A DNA stretch of 64,000 bases, taken from positions 130,734,657 to 130,798,656 of the forward strand of contig NC_068984.1 of assembly GCF_001194135.2 (NCBI RefSeq). The letters run 5' to 3'. Origin of the DNA: Octopus bimaculoides (lineage: Eukaryota). This document shows, piece after piece, positions 1 through 14,391 of this stretch. The stretch's first letter is position 1; each line of letters begins with the position of its first letter. Below the pieces are notes generated by a model that was given only the letters and a program-made list of their open reading frames with translations, was not told the origin of the DNA and made no database searches. A program made the position numbers and the translations under genes.

Positions 1-85
1 GTCCCTAACCGTAACCCTAACCCTAAAACTAACCCTAACACCCCAGTGAAGATCGTGCGGGTGTTAATCTGAAAATTTACCGAAT
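1..85. mobile_element. Right arm of the same TTAGGG-containing foldback family, cut by the window edge
   Basis: ccctaacc...cccagtgaagatcgtgcgggtgttaatctgaaaatttacc matches 59011-59065. Confidence 0.8.
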
Positions 86-862
86 TTTTTTCCATGAATA
101 TAAATATGAATTAAAAAAAAATGGTTTGTAGTACTGGTTTCAAATTTTGGCACAAGGGTTGCAATTTCGTGGGAAGGAGTAAATCGTTTACACCAACCTC
201 AGAGTTCAACTGGTACTTTGTTTTATCGACCCCAAAAGGATGAAAAACAAAGGCAACCCCGGAGGCATTTGAACTCAGACAGTTAAGTCGTAAGAAAGGC
301 TCTTAGAACTTTTTTTCCGGCACTGTAACGACTCTAGCTCGCCTCCTTCAAATGACTCGTAAATATTATAACATTAAAAAAGCAGCGCGCCGGTAGAATC
401 GTTAGCACGCCGGACAAAATGTTTAGCGGCAGTTCGTCCGTCTTTATGTTTCGAGTTCAAATTCCACCGAGGTCTACTTTGCCTCTCATCTTTTCGGGGG
501 TTTATAAAATAAGTATCAGTTGAGTACTTGGGGGGGGGGGGGTTGATGCAATCGACTTCCCCACCACCCACCGAACCTTGCTGGCCTTGTGTCAGAATTT
601 GAAATCGATATTATAACATATCACATGTGATCGATCTATCAGACAAGGTTAAATAGCAATACAATTTACACTTGGAAAATACGAGTACTCTCTCTCTCAC
701 ACACACACACGTATGTATGTATGTATGTATGTATGTATGTATGTATGTATGTATGTATGTATGTATGTATGTATGAGAATATACGAAAAACAACAACAGA
801 CGAGGACAGGTGGTGTAAATAACAAAAGGATGTATTAGTATGACGCTCGGGAATACGGAAAG

Positions 863-899
863 TCTTTGACGTTTCGAGCTACGCTCTTCAACAGAAAGA
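863..899 (-). ncRNA. Minimal type I hammerhead-ribozyme-like motif with variant core
   Basis: UCUUU-CUGUUGA-A-GAGC(GUA)GCUC-GAAA-CG-UC/AAAGA: 5-bp stem I, 4-bp stem II, palindromic ACGU stem III, GUC cleavage triplet; A6 replaced by U. Confidence 0.6.
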
Positions 900-1181
900 A
901 TACGGAGACAAGGAGAAAAACACGGAGAAAAAAAATTGAATAGTGTCCAGTCAACGGTCAATCAATGTATGTATGTATGTGTGTGTAAGTTTAATGCTCG
1001 AAATTCACATCGGAAAATCAAAAGTGACATTCATACATTTCCCAAAGGCTTTACTACAATAAATATGAACATATGACGGCTGTGGTGGTGAAGTCTTCAT
1101 TTAAAATAAGTACTGATACAGAATTGGAATCACGTCACACAAGAAACATGAATTGTTCAATCGCAGTTCAGAAATACTCCT

Positions 1182-1215
<34 letters not shown>

Positions 1216-1705
1216 CAGTAGCAGCAGTGACAGGTTTAAGAAGCAAAAAAAAAAACGAGCTACAAGGAGAAAAGAGTGTTTTGTGAAGACGTGATGTTCA
1301 TGAGTAGCAGTGACTGAATGTAATATAGTTAGAATGGTCGTGGTAGTAGTAGAGGTAGTGGTAGTAGTAGAGGCGGCGGCGGCGTTGGCGGTGGTGGGTG
1401 GTGGTTTTGTTAATACTAATTGCAGTACTGGTGATGATGATGATGATGATGATGATGATGACGACAGTAGTGCGGTGATGGTGGAGATGGAAGCAATGAC
1501 GGTGATGATGGTGAAGATCGTTGTTCTTGTTGTGGTTGCTTAACAGCCCCATGCCATCCCTGACCGTGCAGGCTTATTATAAAAGACATTCCAGTTGTGA
1601 TCATCACGTTTACCCCCATCCCCCTGAGGTGGTGTACTTGTTCTCGTTCTCCTTCTGTCTGTCTGTCTGTCTATCTCTCTCCCCCTCTGTCTGTCTGTCA
1701 GTCAG

Positions 1706-1754
<49 letters not shown>

Positions 1755-2471
1755 AATGAGTGTGATTTGAGGGAAATTTGGTTGTTGTTTCCAGCAGGTC
1801 TTGAGACCACGAAGAAGTTCCATCGCTGTCTCGAAGCAAAGATGATGTAGTTAGTTAAGATTCCAATACACATTCACACAGTTCCAATTTAGCTCAAATC
1901 TCGAAATTCCACAATCACTGTAGATCAACACACACACACACACGCACACGCACACACAATTACAAAAGAATTTTGACAGTTGGAACTGTCAACATTCGCC
2001 GGCAGTGAATTACACATACGTACACACACACACACATACATACGTAAGTACTACACACACACACACACACGAGGACATACAAAGGATACATACACAAACA
2101 TATGCACATATACACGCATACATAAGCATACACACGGACATACAAAGATACATACACAGACATTTACATACATTCACATACAGACAGACAGACAGACAGA
2201 CAGGCATACGATATATATTTTTTTCTTTAGAACAGTATCGCCAAAATTGCTACCAGCACCATCACTACCACGCAAATGCAGTACCACTAACACTACCACA
2301 GTAACACCGATACAACTACAGTATTAATGTAGTAGTACCACTAACTAACAGTATCACAGCAATGCCGATACTACTCCAACACTACACTAATACATATACC
2401 AGCAACAGAAGACCTCAGAGTGGTTTCTCGATCTGCTAGAAATGACAGCAAAACCTTCCTCAATTCACACA

Positions 2472-2544
<73 letters not shown>

Positions 2545-4138
2545 GTCACTGTTGAGAATAAGGAAGTGAATACATAAGACGATGTAGTCTAAGTCAGAAT
2601 TTAGCTTTAAAAAGATTTGATTGGAGACGGCTAGAATGTATTTGGAGATAGGTTTGTTCGATCAGGGTCAGTTTGGGGTTATCGATCTACTAGAAATGGC
2701 AGAAGAACCTTCCTCAATACACACACACACACACTACCGTCTGGAATAAGGAAAGGACACTAGACAATGTAGTTAGTCCCCGTTAGCATTTAACATTAAA
2801 AGAGATGTGATTGATTGGTGACGGCTGGAATGAAAGGTCTATCCGATCAGGGTCAGCTCAGGGTTAAACAACAACAGTATCATATTAGTACATCTAACAA
2901 CACTGCTACCGACAACAACAGCACCAGCAACTACAACATCGCAATATTCTATTAATATATATATCCTTGTCAAAACATTACTATCATCACACTGACGCAA
3001 TGTCATCGAGGGAGCTTTTTTCTACGTAGTCATTTATTTAATCTGCTCAATGTAACAAGAATCTTCAACGAAATCTTTAAAAGAACTCCCTACTGTCTTT
3101 CATGAAAAGAGAATTTTAGAATTACATGCCTCACAATGTAGACAGAATGGCCACGGCTAAAACATTGATCACTCGAATAATAGGATTTTGACGCCGAACT
3201 GACACACTAAACGAGCCTTACATGTATCAGACATGTAAGAAGACTCGTTCATTAGTTTTTGAACGGAACGGCTGTATGTAATCTACGGATTTTCTTCAAA
3301 GCTGACCTAGGCTACTCTATAACAGGACAGACCCCCCCCCCCCCCAACAGCATATCACCGGCATCCCTTCCAACGCGACATAAGCACCACAATTCACCAA
3401 CCCATTAAGCTACTATTATTACTATTATCGCCACACTCCATCACCACTCCCCAACACTCCCATGCCTTGAAAGATTTTGGGAAGGGAGAAATAAATATTA
3501 AGCCATTATTGTTATTATAGAGCGACGGAATAAATACTTTGCGGTATTTGTTCCGGCTCATTACGTTCTGAGTTCAATCCCGCCGAGATCAAATTTGCCT
3601 TTCATCCCTGCGGAGTCGATAAAAGTAATTACCCATTGGGGGTCGATAGTATAGACTAACCACACTCAAAATTGCTTGTCTTGTGCCAAAATTAGAAACC
3701 ACTATTATTTATTATAGAGCGTCGGTATAAATGCCTTGCAGTATTTCTTCCGGTTCTTAACATTTTAAGTTCAACCCCCACCGAGGTCAACTTTACCTTT
3801 CACTCCCCCGAGGTCGATAAAATCAAGTACTGGAGTCGATGGTATCGATTGATCCCCTCCCCTCAAAAATTACTAGCCACTGTGCCTAATTTAAAAACAA
3901 TTATTATTATTATTATTATATTATTATAACATCATAAGCACAACGCGCATCAAAGCCGACATTGTTTATTCTTATTATTTTTATAGAGGAAATGGGTGGT
4001 TGCAGTATTCATGCCTTTATCAAGAACATCAACGAAGTAGTAAAAGAAAGAAGAAAACAAAAAAGACAGAAAGAAAAAGGCTTGAATGAGATTCAAAATC
4101 TCGTCGCGTTTAATATTGATTTCTTTGAGGCAGAGGAC

Positions 4139-4170
<32 letters not shown>

Positions 4171-4890
4171 GAAGACGAGCTCATTCAAGACAACTGACTT
4201 CAAACTGGGAATCGAAGCCGACTAACAGATATTCTAGTTCATAAAAATAGTGAATTCCTACATAGAAACGAGACAAGAAATTTTAGGAGTAAGGCTTCAG
4301 TTTTGGATCCAGTACTTATCGACCGCAAAGGGATAAAGATTCAAAATTTGACAAATTTGTAGCAAAGAGGGATTTAGCTACGAATCCTTTGAATTCATTA
4401 ATTGCAGTTATTTTTATCGACTCAAGAGGGATATAGTTTGAATTCGGAACATTGTGAGGACATTATTATTGTAAAATTTAGTTCGGTGCTGTACGTTTTT
4501 CTGCTATTCCACACCTCAGCAATAATAATCCTTTCCTACTACAGGCACAAGGTCCGAAATTTGTGGGGAGGGGGTTAGACGATTAAATCGATCCCAGGGC
4601 TCAAAAGGTACTTATTTTATCGACCCTGAAAGGATGAAGGGCAACGTCTACCTCGGCAGTCCAATAATAGTAATAGTATTATATTTATTATATTTTATTT
4701 TAAAAAATTGATAATTATAATTGTTTCTGATTTAGACAGAAGGCCAGCAATTTAGAAAGGTCAGTCGATACCATTGCCTCCAGTACTTGACTAGAACTTT
4801 GTTTTATCGACTCAAAAAGGATGAAAGGTAAAGTTGACCTCGTTGGGAATTGAACTGAGAAAATAAACAACCGGGTCAATATCGCAAGGC

Positions 4891-4942
<52 letters not shown>

Positions 4943-5971
4943 CCTTTATATTAAAGGCACAAGGCCTGAAATTTGGGGGAGGGCGTAGTCGATTACATCA
5001 ACACCAGTACTCCACTGGTACTTAATTTATCGACCCTGAAAAGATGAAAGGCAAAGTTGACTTCAGCAGGAATTGAACACAGCAAGTTAACTGTCGGAAC
5101 AATGTCGCAAGGCTTAATAGTTGGTAACAACGATAATGTTCTGTAAACCTTATAAATTACAGTTTTAATAAAGTTTAATTAGCGACGGTGTCGAGTCAAA
5201 AGCGTGAAGTCTAAATACGCCGAGAGCTTCTACAATATTGTCTGGCACCGATATATGAACTCACGACACGAGAATTTAAGTGATATCTTCCAGTAATGTA
5301 AGCACATCTCTACTTGAGTCGTTGTAGATTTTAGGAGAGATTTGTAATGAATGATACATGGTTCTCATATCAGGACACTGGAACTCGCGCGCGTATGCAC
5401 ACACGCACGACAGATCGATAAAAAAAAAATTATAAACAAACATAAATATAATAAATGCATACTTCTCTCTATCTTACACACATACATACATATATACATA
5501 CACACACATATATATACATACTTGAAGATTACCATATATATATATATATATATATATCAATCAGAGCTGTATATATTGTATTTATGTTTGTAAATTTTTA
5601 AAATCTGTGTGTGTGTGTACATATAATACACACAAATAAATGCATAATGTAAGGATGTTTATATATACACGTCACAGACAAGAATATATGCATACACATG
5701 TGTAATGTGAAGGTATTTATGTCATGTCACATATATTATATATATATGCGTGTCATGGAAGTGACAAGTTCAAAAGAACATTGTCAGGCCACTTAAGAGT
5801 GTGGAACCAAAAGCAGAATCTGAGATTCAAGATAGTTGCGTCGAACTCAAGGTTATGGATTAAAAATTTTAACCCACCCACAAACTTATGTGTGTTTGTA
5901 TTGTACACATACACACACACACACACACACACGTGCGTGCGTGTGTGTGTGTGTGTGTGTGTGTCGTAGAC

Positions 5972-6251
5972 TAGGGGTTTTCAAACTGTGGTCCGCAAGA
6001 ACAAGACAGGGGGTCCGTGGACAGCAAATACTTTTTATGGGCAATTTGATTTTATATATGTTTTTTTAATCGAAATCTTTTAATTGACAATAAACCTATT
6101 TGTTAAATACTGTTAAATAAATAAATGTAAAAATATATGCTATTTTAAGCAAATATTTATGTATAAATTTCATAAGCGTTTATAAGGGGGTCCCTAAGGT
6201 AAAGCCTGAAATATAAAGGGGTCCGCAAGTCAAAAAGTTTGAAAACCCCTG
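5972..6251. mobile_element. hAT (Charlie-like) MITE, copy 1
   Basis: TIR (C/T)AGGGGTTTTCAAAC; 8-bp TSD tcgtagac at 5964-5971 and 6252-6259. Confidence 0.93.
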
Positions 6252-6719
6252 TCGTAGACTGTATTACGTGATCAGTGATGTACGAGACGTAGATAATGTA
6301 GAGCTCAGATTATTGAGCACTGAAATATTTATACTGTTTCGAGATCGAGTACTTCATTCCACTTGTTTGCAAACTCAAAAACATGCATGAGCGAGTATGT
6401 GCGTGTGTGGCCAACGTCCAGATATGTAAAACAAGATATAATTAATTATATTATGAATATATGTATAGTATTTCTATTCATGGTGTGTGTGTAAACAAAC
6501 ATTAAAACAACACTCACTTATTTAAAAAGAAAAAGGGAAAACAAAAATTCATAACCATGAAACTGTTTTCGTTACACTTTTTTTTTTCTGTCGGAAATAG
6601 CTGTACAATGACAATTCTTTAATAACAAAATAATTATGTAATAATAAGGACGTTAAACCACAATTAAATACCAACAACTTATACACCCCACCTATGGATA
6701 ATTATATTAATTAGTGTGA

Positions 6720-9000
6720 TACGGGGAAATGTGGGTTGCTGTTATGTGTCAGATAAGGTCAGTTGTATTGCAAAGTTGATGGTTGTGTAACACGGTTTTA
6801 ACGATTGGGGTCGTATGCTAGTTGTGCGTGAATGTAGTTTGTGTAGAAGGATTAATGGTTGTGTAATGGTATGTTGTTAGTTGTGAAGTGGTTGTGTGGT
6901 AGTGTTGTTGGACATAGTTGTATGTTAGTGAGTTGGTGGTCGTGTGAGTAGTTTGTGGTAATGTTGTTGTTGTTACTATTATCTAACCCCGAATCACTCA
7001 TAACCATAACCATCTCGTCTTTTCTTAAATATATTTCGGATTACATTAGCCAACGTGTCCTTCCGATTTTAAAACGATAGGATGTGATTTGTGGGAAGGT
7101 TGGTTTCTACTTAAGCGATCCTGCAATGAGATCTTCATTCGTTCGTGTAGTAATGTTTGTGGTTATAGTTTGTATTCATGGTAGTATAGAAATGCTAGTG
7201 TTGGCGGTGGTAGTTGTGGGGTGGTTGTGGTGGTATACATGGTAGCATAATAAATGTTAGTGTTTGTGACAGCAGTTGTGTGTGACAGTGTTGGTGCTTG
7301 CAGCGTTATATGAGGTAATAATGATGGTATTTGAAGCAGTGTTTGTGTGGTATTGTTAGTGATTAAGGTGGTATACATGGTAGTGTAGTTGTTAGTGCTT
7401 GCGGTAGAAGTTTTGCAGTAAGAGTTGGCGGTTATAGAAATAGCTGAGTGGATAGTGGTGTTGGATATGGCTGTGTGGTCGTGAGGGCTGATAAAGAGCA
7501 GATCTATAATCAAAAGTGTTCCAAACGTTATCATCTTTCTTTTCACTGTGCATCTAAGAATACACTACCCAATACGTTCTTCCTGTTTCAAGACGGTAGT
7601 ACACGATCTGAAGGAAATTTGATGTTAATGTTGTTATCCTAACCTACAGTTAGATCCGATCGAGGAAACCTATGATTATCAAATGCATTCCAGCCACAGC
7701 TATCGCCGTCTCTTGTTCAGGCATACTTTATACCTAGGTCTACATTATCAAACGCGTCCTTCTTTCCTGTGATCAGAGGGAAACTTCTCTGCTAATTCTA
7801 GCAAATCAAGCGACCACGGAGAAACCTCGCGCATAAGAAACCTAGTGTTGTTTATCGTAGTGTGATTGTTATACTGTAGTGGTATTAGTGGTTGTTGCAA
7901 AGTGGTTATATCTGCATTGTAGTGGTTTTGGTTAGTGGTTAGACTATAGTTATGATGTTGGTGGGTGCATTGTATAGCTTAAGTGTTGAATTTTGTCAGT
8001 GGTGATGCAACGTAGTAGTAGTAGTAGTAGTAAAGATAGTGTTGTTGTGATAGCGGTAATGTTGTAGTGGTGACAACAGTAACAGCCAGTGCAGTAGTAA
8101 TTGCGCTAGTACTGTTCTAGTGTTAATGATAGATGGCATTGATTGTAGTAGTAGTAGTAGTATGTAAGTGGTAGTGTCGGTTATAGTATTGTGAATAATG
8201 TTGTATTAGTCGTAGTATGGTGCAGTAGGTATGTAGCTGTGTTGGTTGTAGTATGAAGCTAGTTTGTTGTATTGCTCATAGAAAAGATATCAGTGGTGGT
8301 GGTGGTTGTGCTGGTAAGAAGAAGTAGTAGTAGTAGTAGTAGAGTGTCGATGGTTATGCTAGTAACAGTAGTAGTAGTAATAATAATATACTGGTGGTTA
8401 GTAATGATGGCGGTTGGTAGTGGTAGTATGTTGGTTGTAGTAGGTATTGGCGGTAGTGTTGACATGGTAGACAGTACGATGTCAATAGTAGTGTTTAAGT
8501 AATAATAATTGTAGTAGTAGTAATAGTAATAATAATATTAATAATAATAATAATAATAATGGATATATTAATTATAGATATGTGCAAAAATTGTTGGTGA
8601 TGTTGGAAGAGGCAGTAATTGTGTGGGAATTGTTGTTGTTGTTGTTGTTTGGCCGCGGGTTGCCTCTGAAAGAGTAGAACTATGATCAGAGGTACTTCAA
8701 CCATGATTACCGTCTTTTAGGAGGATCATAAGAGTGTATTATTTATCTAATGTATGTCCTGTCCTAACCTAATACAATAAGACAGCAGTAACGTGTGATA
8801 TACATATGTAATTTGAAGGGTATTTGGTTGTTATTTCTAACAGGTCGAACGACCATATAGAGGATCTATAATTGGCTCGTAGTTGTAGGTGGTATTGGAG
8901 TTGGTGTTGGTGGGTGTACTTGTAATATAATGCGGCGATAGTGATGCTGTTAATAATATTAGTGTTCATGTTGGTGGTGGTGGTGGCTGTGTTGGTGTGT
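6720..9000. repeat. Long GT-rich degenerate trinucleotide low-complexity tract in ASAP intron 1
   Basis: (GTA/GTG/GTT)n-derived sequence interspersed with short repeat fragments; source of spurious poly-V/T ORFs. Confidence 0.85.
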
Positions 9001-9009
9001 TGGTAGGTG

Positions 9010-9040
<31 letters not shown>

Positions 9041-9076
9041 GTAATTATGGTCATAGCGATGGTGTTAGTTGCTTAC

Positions 9077-9202
9077 CTCTTCCAGGCCAGAGATCGTATT
9101 TTTGCAGAGAGGCATTCTTGAAACAAAGGTGGAGGTTGTCGGCGAATGGTAATCGTCCCACGTCTCCCGTAAAAATTCGGACACAGTTATATTTTCAGGC
9201 AT
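9077..9202 (-). CDS. ASAP: First coding exon of an ASAP-family Arf-GAP (SH3, ankyrin repeat and PH domain protein); gene continues left of the window
   Basis: MPENITVSEFLRETWDDYHSPTTSTFVSRMPLCKNTISGLEE then GTAAGC donor (126 nt, phase 0). Matches the ASAP1/2 N-terminus MPDQISVSEF..ET.EDY.SPT.SSF..R...CRNTV..(L/I)EE. No exon 2 recognised in 1-9076. Confidence 0.92.
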
Positions 9203-9814
9203 AATGTCGGATTGTGTTTTTCTATTCCTTTTTCTTTTTTTTTCCCCCTTTTTTTTTTAGTAAGCCGAAGAAAAAGAAAAGAGGGCGGTGTTCTTATTAA
9301 CAGTTGCTTGAAGGGTTACTACTGCTGACAGTGCCGTTCTTCTTATAGTTATTACAAATGTTCAAATCGTTATTAATGTTGCTATTATTATTATAATTAT
9401 TATTATTATTATTATTATTATTAATAGTAGTACTACAAGTAGTAAGTAATAAGGGTTGGTCTTGTGTTTATTGTTACTACTGGAGCTGTCCTTTCTCACA
9501 AGCACACTCTATAAAGACCCTTCTGTTTCTCGCGGCTGCTGCTGCTGCTACTATTACTTTTACACTGTTTCTCGATGTGGTAGCAGTAGTACCGCAACTA
9601 CTACTTGTATTGCAGTAGCAGCAGCAGTGGGGACAGTGGTAGTAGTAGTAGTAGTAGTAGTAGTGGCAGCAGCAGTAGTATTCATAGTAGTAATAGTAGT
9701 AGTAGTAGTAGTTTCTCTTTTCGTCTGTCGCAGTTGTAATCTTATTCTTGGTTTGCTGCTCTTTCTCGATATTTTATCATTTTATCTTATTTAAATGGCT
9801 CGGAATAATTAAAT

Positions 9815-9845
<31 letters not shown>

Positions 9846-10746
9846 ATACACACACACACATATATATATATACATACATACATACTAATGTTTATATGCA
9901 TAGTTTATATGTCTATTTATACATATATATATAAATGTAATATGTTTATAGATGTACACACTCACGCACACACACACACACATGCAACAACACATACATG
10001 TGTGTGTGACAATATTTTATTGACTTGAGTTACTCGGTGACCTGGAGTTTCGTGCTCGTATTTTGGTACGAAACTCTAGGTCACTGAGTAACTTCTCCAC
10101 AATTCTCAACTCACAATTGCACACACACACACACACACACATACGCGCGCTCACACACACATACATTGTGTGTGTGCGCGCGTGTGTGTGTGCGTGTGTG
10201 TGTGCGTTTGTGTGAGTGTGTGTGAATGCTTTCATATATAAGATTGATTCATGAAACAAATTTAGACAAATAAAATTTAAAAATACAACAGAAACAAGAA
10301 CAAGCAATAAAAAATAAAATTACAAACTCAAGTGAAGAAAAAAGAAAAACGAAATAACTTTCAAGCAAAAATCAATTGAAGGTTTATGTATTAAAATGCT
10401 ATTATGTCGTGTATCTGGAATTTATTTTATTATTATTATTATTATTATTATTCTGGAAATCTTCCGTGGCTTTTTTTAAATTTTTTTTTTTTTTCTCTAT
10501 TTTAAATGTCGAAATCTAATTTTTATTCGTTGATGGACCTACTTATTTACTTCATTCGTTTATTGATTTATTATCATTTATTATATCATTAATAATTTTT
10601 TTTTTCGTTATTAATATTATTACATTTATTACTGTGTGTTCCATAGGTTTTTTTAGTGACGTTAGAGAAAGCTTTGGTGGCTGTCGTAGTCTTTATTGTT
10701 TAGTTCGTTGTTGATGTGGTTGTTGTAGGGGTTGGAAATGTTAATC

Positions 10747-10778
<32 letters not shown>

Positions 10779-10787
10779 TGTCTGCTG

Positions 10788-10830
<43 letters not shown>

Positions 10831-10917
10831 ATTATGGAATGTTGGCAGCACTGACTGTCATGTCCTTAGTTCGTCTCTCTTTTGTCGTTAAACATAATAT
10901 ATTATGTATACACACGT

Positions 10918-10974
<57 letters not shown>

Positions 10975-11489
10975 AGAGATAAATATGTACACGCCCCCCC
11001 ACACACATACACACAAACCACATGCTTTATACACACACATACACAAACACATATATATATGCATACACAGAGAAATAATACAAACCACACGTTAGATAGA
11101 TAGATAGATAGATAGATAGATACGGACACACATGCTCGCGCGCGCACACACACACACACACAACCCACAGACCGTCTGCAGTGCTGCTTGCTTTGGTTAG
11201 ACTACCACTATCACTACAACTATTACTATTTAGATAATTAGTACCAATACAACTACTACTGATTGATGTACTTGGTTGTTGTTGTTGTTATTGTTCAGAA
11301 AAAAACCTATAATCAAAGATCATTCCTGCCGTGACTATCCCGTCTTGTTAAATATCTGCGACGACATTATCTAAAAATGCTCTTTCCTTTGGATAGACAA
11401 GTAGGATGTGATTTAAAGGAAATTTGGCTGCTATTTCTAGCATGTTAAAAGATTACATAAAGGCTCCCTCATTGGTTCGGGATCAACAT

Positions 11490-11568
11490 TTTTCTTTTCT
11501 TTTACACACTCTCTCTCTCTCTCTTTAATTCTCTCTTTCTTTTTCTTTTACGATGCCACTTGACTATT

Positions 11569-11638
<70 letters not shown>

Positions 11639-11982
11639 TCTTTCTCAGGACAATTCTACGTTTCACCACTACTATTCCTTTATTCCACTGCTACTGGCTC
11701 TGATATTGCCACAACCTCTTATTCTCTCTCTCTCTCTCTCTCTCTCCATTTTCTCCTTCTTTCTCTCCCTTTTCGTTTTCTTTCTCCGTTTTCTCTTCCA
11801 CTTTACTCTATATTTCTTTCTCCTTCTCTTTTCTCTTTCTCCTCTGTTTTTCACTTTCTCTCACCCATGAGTGTCCTCTTTCCCTCTCTCTTTTCTTTTA
11901 ATACCTCTTTTTTTTCTCTCTCTCTCTCTTTCTCACTTCAATCTGCTTCATATCTCCCTCCCTCCCTCCCCTTACTAGCTGT

Positions 11983-12055
<73 letters not shown>

Positions 12056-12548
12056 TCGGCGCGCTTTATCACTTCACTCCTACTTGTCGTTTGTGATTCC
12101 CCTCTCCTGCAATAATGACTTTGTTTATCTCTCTTCTTAATGGAAGCTAGGTATTTTCCGTTTCTTCGTCCACTTGACTTAACCTTTCTCCGTCTTTTCC
12201 CTATCACACCTTTTCAACTTGTCACAATTTTTTCACATGGCTTCCCCCACACCATCGCTTCTTACCACCTATTTCCTCCTTTCGCTCTTCTTTCTCTCTT
12301 TCTCTCTATATTTCTTTCTTTCTTTTCTCCCCTCCCTCTCGCTCATAACCCCAACTTTATCCACCTGTCTTATCTTTCCTCCTTCTCGCTCTTTGAATAC
12401 ACCCCTTCCATTTCTGTCTCTGCCTATCACCCTCATATCACATCATGGCATTTTGCCTTTCCCTTTTCTCTCTTTCTTTCTTTCTCTCTCTCTATATATC
12501 TATCTATCTATCTATCTATCTATCTTCCACTCGCTTATTGACTAAGCC

Positions 12549-12579
<31 letters not shown>

Positions 12580-12688
12580 NNNNNNNNNNNNNNNNNNNNN
12601 NNNNNNNNNNNNNNNNNNNNNNNNNNNNNNNNNNNNNNNNNNNNNNNNNNNNNNNNNNNNNNNNNNNNNNNNNNNNNNNNNNNNNNNN

Positions 12689-12721
<33 letters not shown>

Positions 12722-12931
12722 ATCTTCTCTTTCTTCCTTATCACATCACCGTACATACTCTCTCTCTCTCCCTCTCTTTTTCTATATCTCCCTCTTTATC
12801 TCTTTTTGCTCCCTTATCACTTCCTACTCGCTTATCTTGGTCTTTCCCTCTCGCCATCTCCCTCCTTTACCACCTCGTTTCCACCTGTCCCTCTATCTCT
12901 CACTTCACTTGCCTGTCTACCTTATCACATT

Positions 12932-12968
<37 letters not shown>

Positions 12969-13270
12969 ATCTCTATCTACCTATCTATATATCTCTTTCT
13001 CTCCTTCCTCCCCAGACATTTTGGCCTACGCTGCCATATTACTCCATTCCATTGTTCTTCTTGCTCTTCATTGCTTTTTTTTTTCTCCTTACAGTCAAGA
13101 CGACCAGACGACACACATTATCTCAATTTCACACTCTCCTTATTTCGTTCTCCCTCTTTAATTCAACTCTTACCTCTACTTTCTCTGATATTTTTTCCTA
13201 ACACTTTCTTTATCTTTCTCTTTCCTAGTCTACCCTGCTTCCAGATCGTATATTCCCTGCCGCATCTCTC
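11490..13270. repeat. Long polypyrimidine (CT-rich) low-complexity tract
   Basis: (CT)n, (CA)n, (CTAT)n and decayed derivatives; contains gap 12580-12688. Confidence 0.9.
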
Positions 13271-13324
13271 TACGAACACTGATTCTATTATTGTGAGTAA
13301 TAATAATCATGATTATTAAATACA

Positions 13325-13870
13325 TAGTAGCATCTGTTCGGTGGTCAGATTAAATGGCCACCGATCGGAACTATTTCAAAATCTCACGTTCGATTCGCCA
13401 AAGATGTTCTCCTTCATCTTTTCTGTGTGTATTGACTGAGGTATCCCGTTGGAACTGGGACGCACAAAAGCCTTGTCGGCATATGCGGACGATGTCAACG
13501 TTAATAGCGTTTAGACAATATGGAAGTCGAAATTGTCGACATCGTTCTAAAAGAATACAAGGTGATCACTGAAACAATAAACCTACTCTAACAAGTCGAT
13601 GGACCTACCTACAGCTCGGTATCTGAAAACTGAAGTTCATACCGCAGGCCAGCGTCGCGGGGATACCGCACTGTCGACGGATTGGTTAAGCTGTTTTCGA
13701 TCTGGTTTGACCCAGACCTCCAAATGGATAGAAAGTGGAATGACAAGGTTATGACCAGTTTCACTCACAAATGGGCTGAGAGGAAGCTGTCTTTGAAAAG
13801 TCAGGCAGAGGTAACGGATGCGTAAATAGTTCAGTAGCGTAACTGATGGGATGGCGCTTATATGGAATAG
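13325..13870 (+). mobile_element. Degenerate L1/Tx1-clade LINE reverse transcriptase fragment
   Basis: Broken frames give FKISRSIRQRCSPS (RQGCPLSP motif), SAYADDV (YADD at 13482-13493) and WFDPDLQM...KWAERKLSLKSQAEV; stops and frameshifts present. Confidence 0.85.
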
Positions 13871-14360
13871 GACTTTTATTGCATAAGCCCGTATAGGAGG
13901 CAGAGAAGGAAAATTCAAGGGCTGCTTCGGGCAGCACCCAGTCTAGCAAGCCACTGACCTGTAGATGGGGTGGGGGAAGAAAATTCAAGGGCTGCCTTGG
14001 GCGGCACCCAGTCTAGCAAGCCACTAACATAGTCTATGTCATATTTCATCACTTAACATCATGTCGAGCTCTAGGTCTCATTTACTAGATTGGAACATCA
14101 ACTCTTTCGCTTGTTGCCCCCACGTAAGTTATAATCAAACACAGCACGAACAAAAGGTGTTCCGTCTGTGATCTTGTAATTTTATTTATTTACAGGCGCA
14201 AGCATGTCTGAGTTGTTAAGAAGCTTGCTTCTTAACCATGTGGTCTTCGATTCAGTGCCACTATGCGGCACCTTCATCAATTTTCTTCTATAGCCAACGC
14301 TGGGCCAACAATCAAAGCTTCACGCGTGGATTTGGTAGGCGGAAACTCTGTGAAATCTCG

Positions 14361-14391
<31 letters not shown>

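Noticed and set aside
1-40. CCCTAA repeats at the window start as a true telomere
   Set aside because: Short, degenerate and attached to the same arm as the internal foldback element at 58830-59065.
3950-4171. Candidate ASAP exon 2
   Set aside because: Neither strand resembles the expected BAR-domain continuation (..DR..L.KMKKS.KA..).
611-13319. Many long ORFs in the track (poly-SL, HT, VC, YI, V/T runs)
   Set aside because: They are translations of microsatellites and low-complexity DNA, or run through N gaps.
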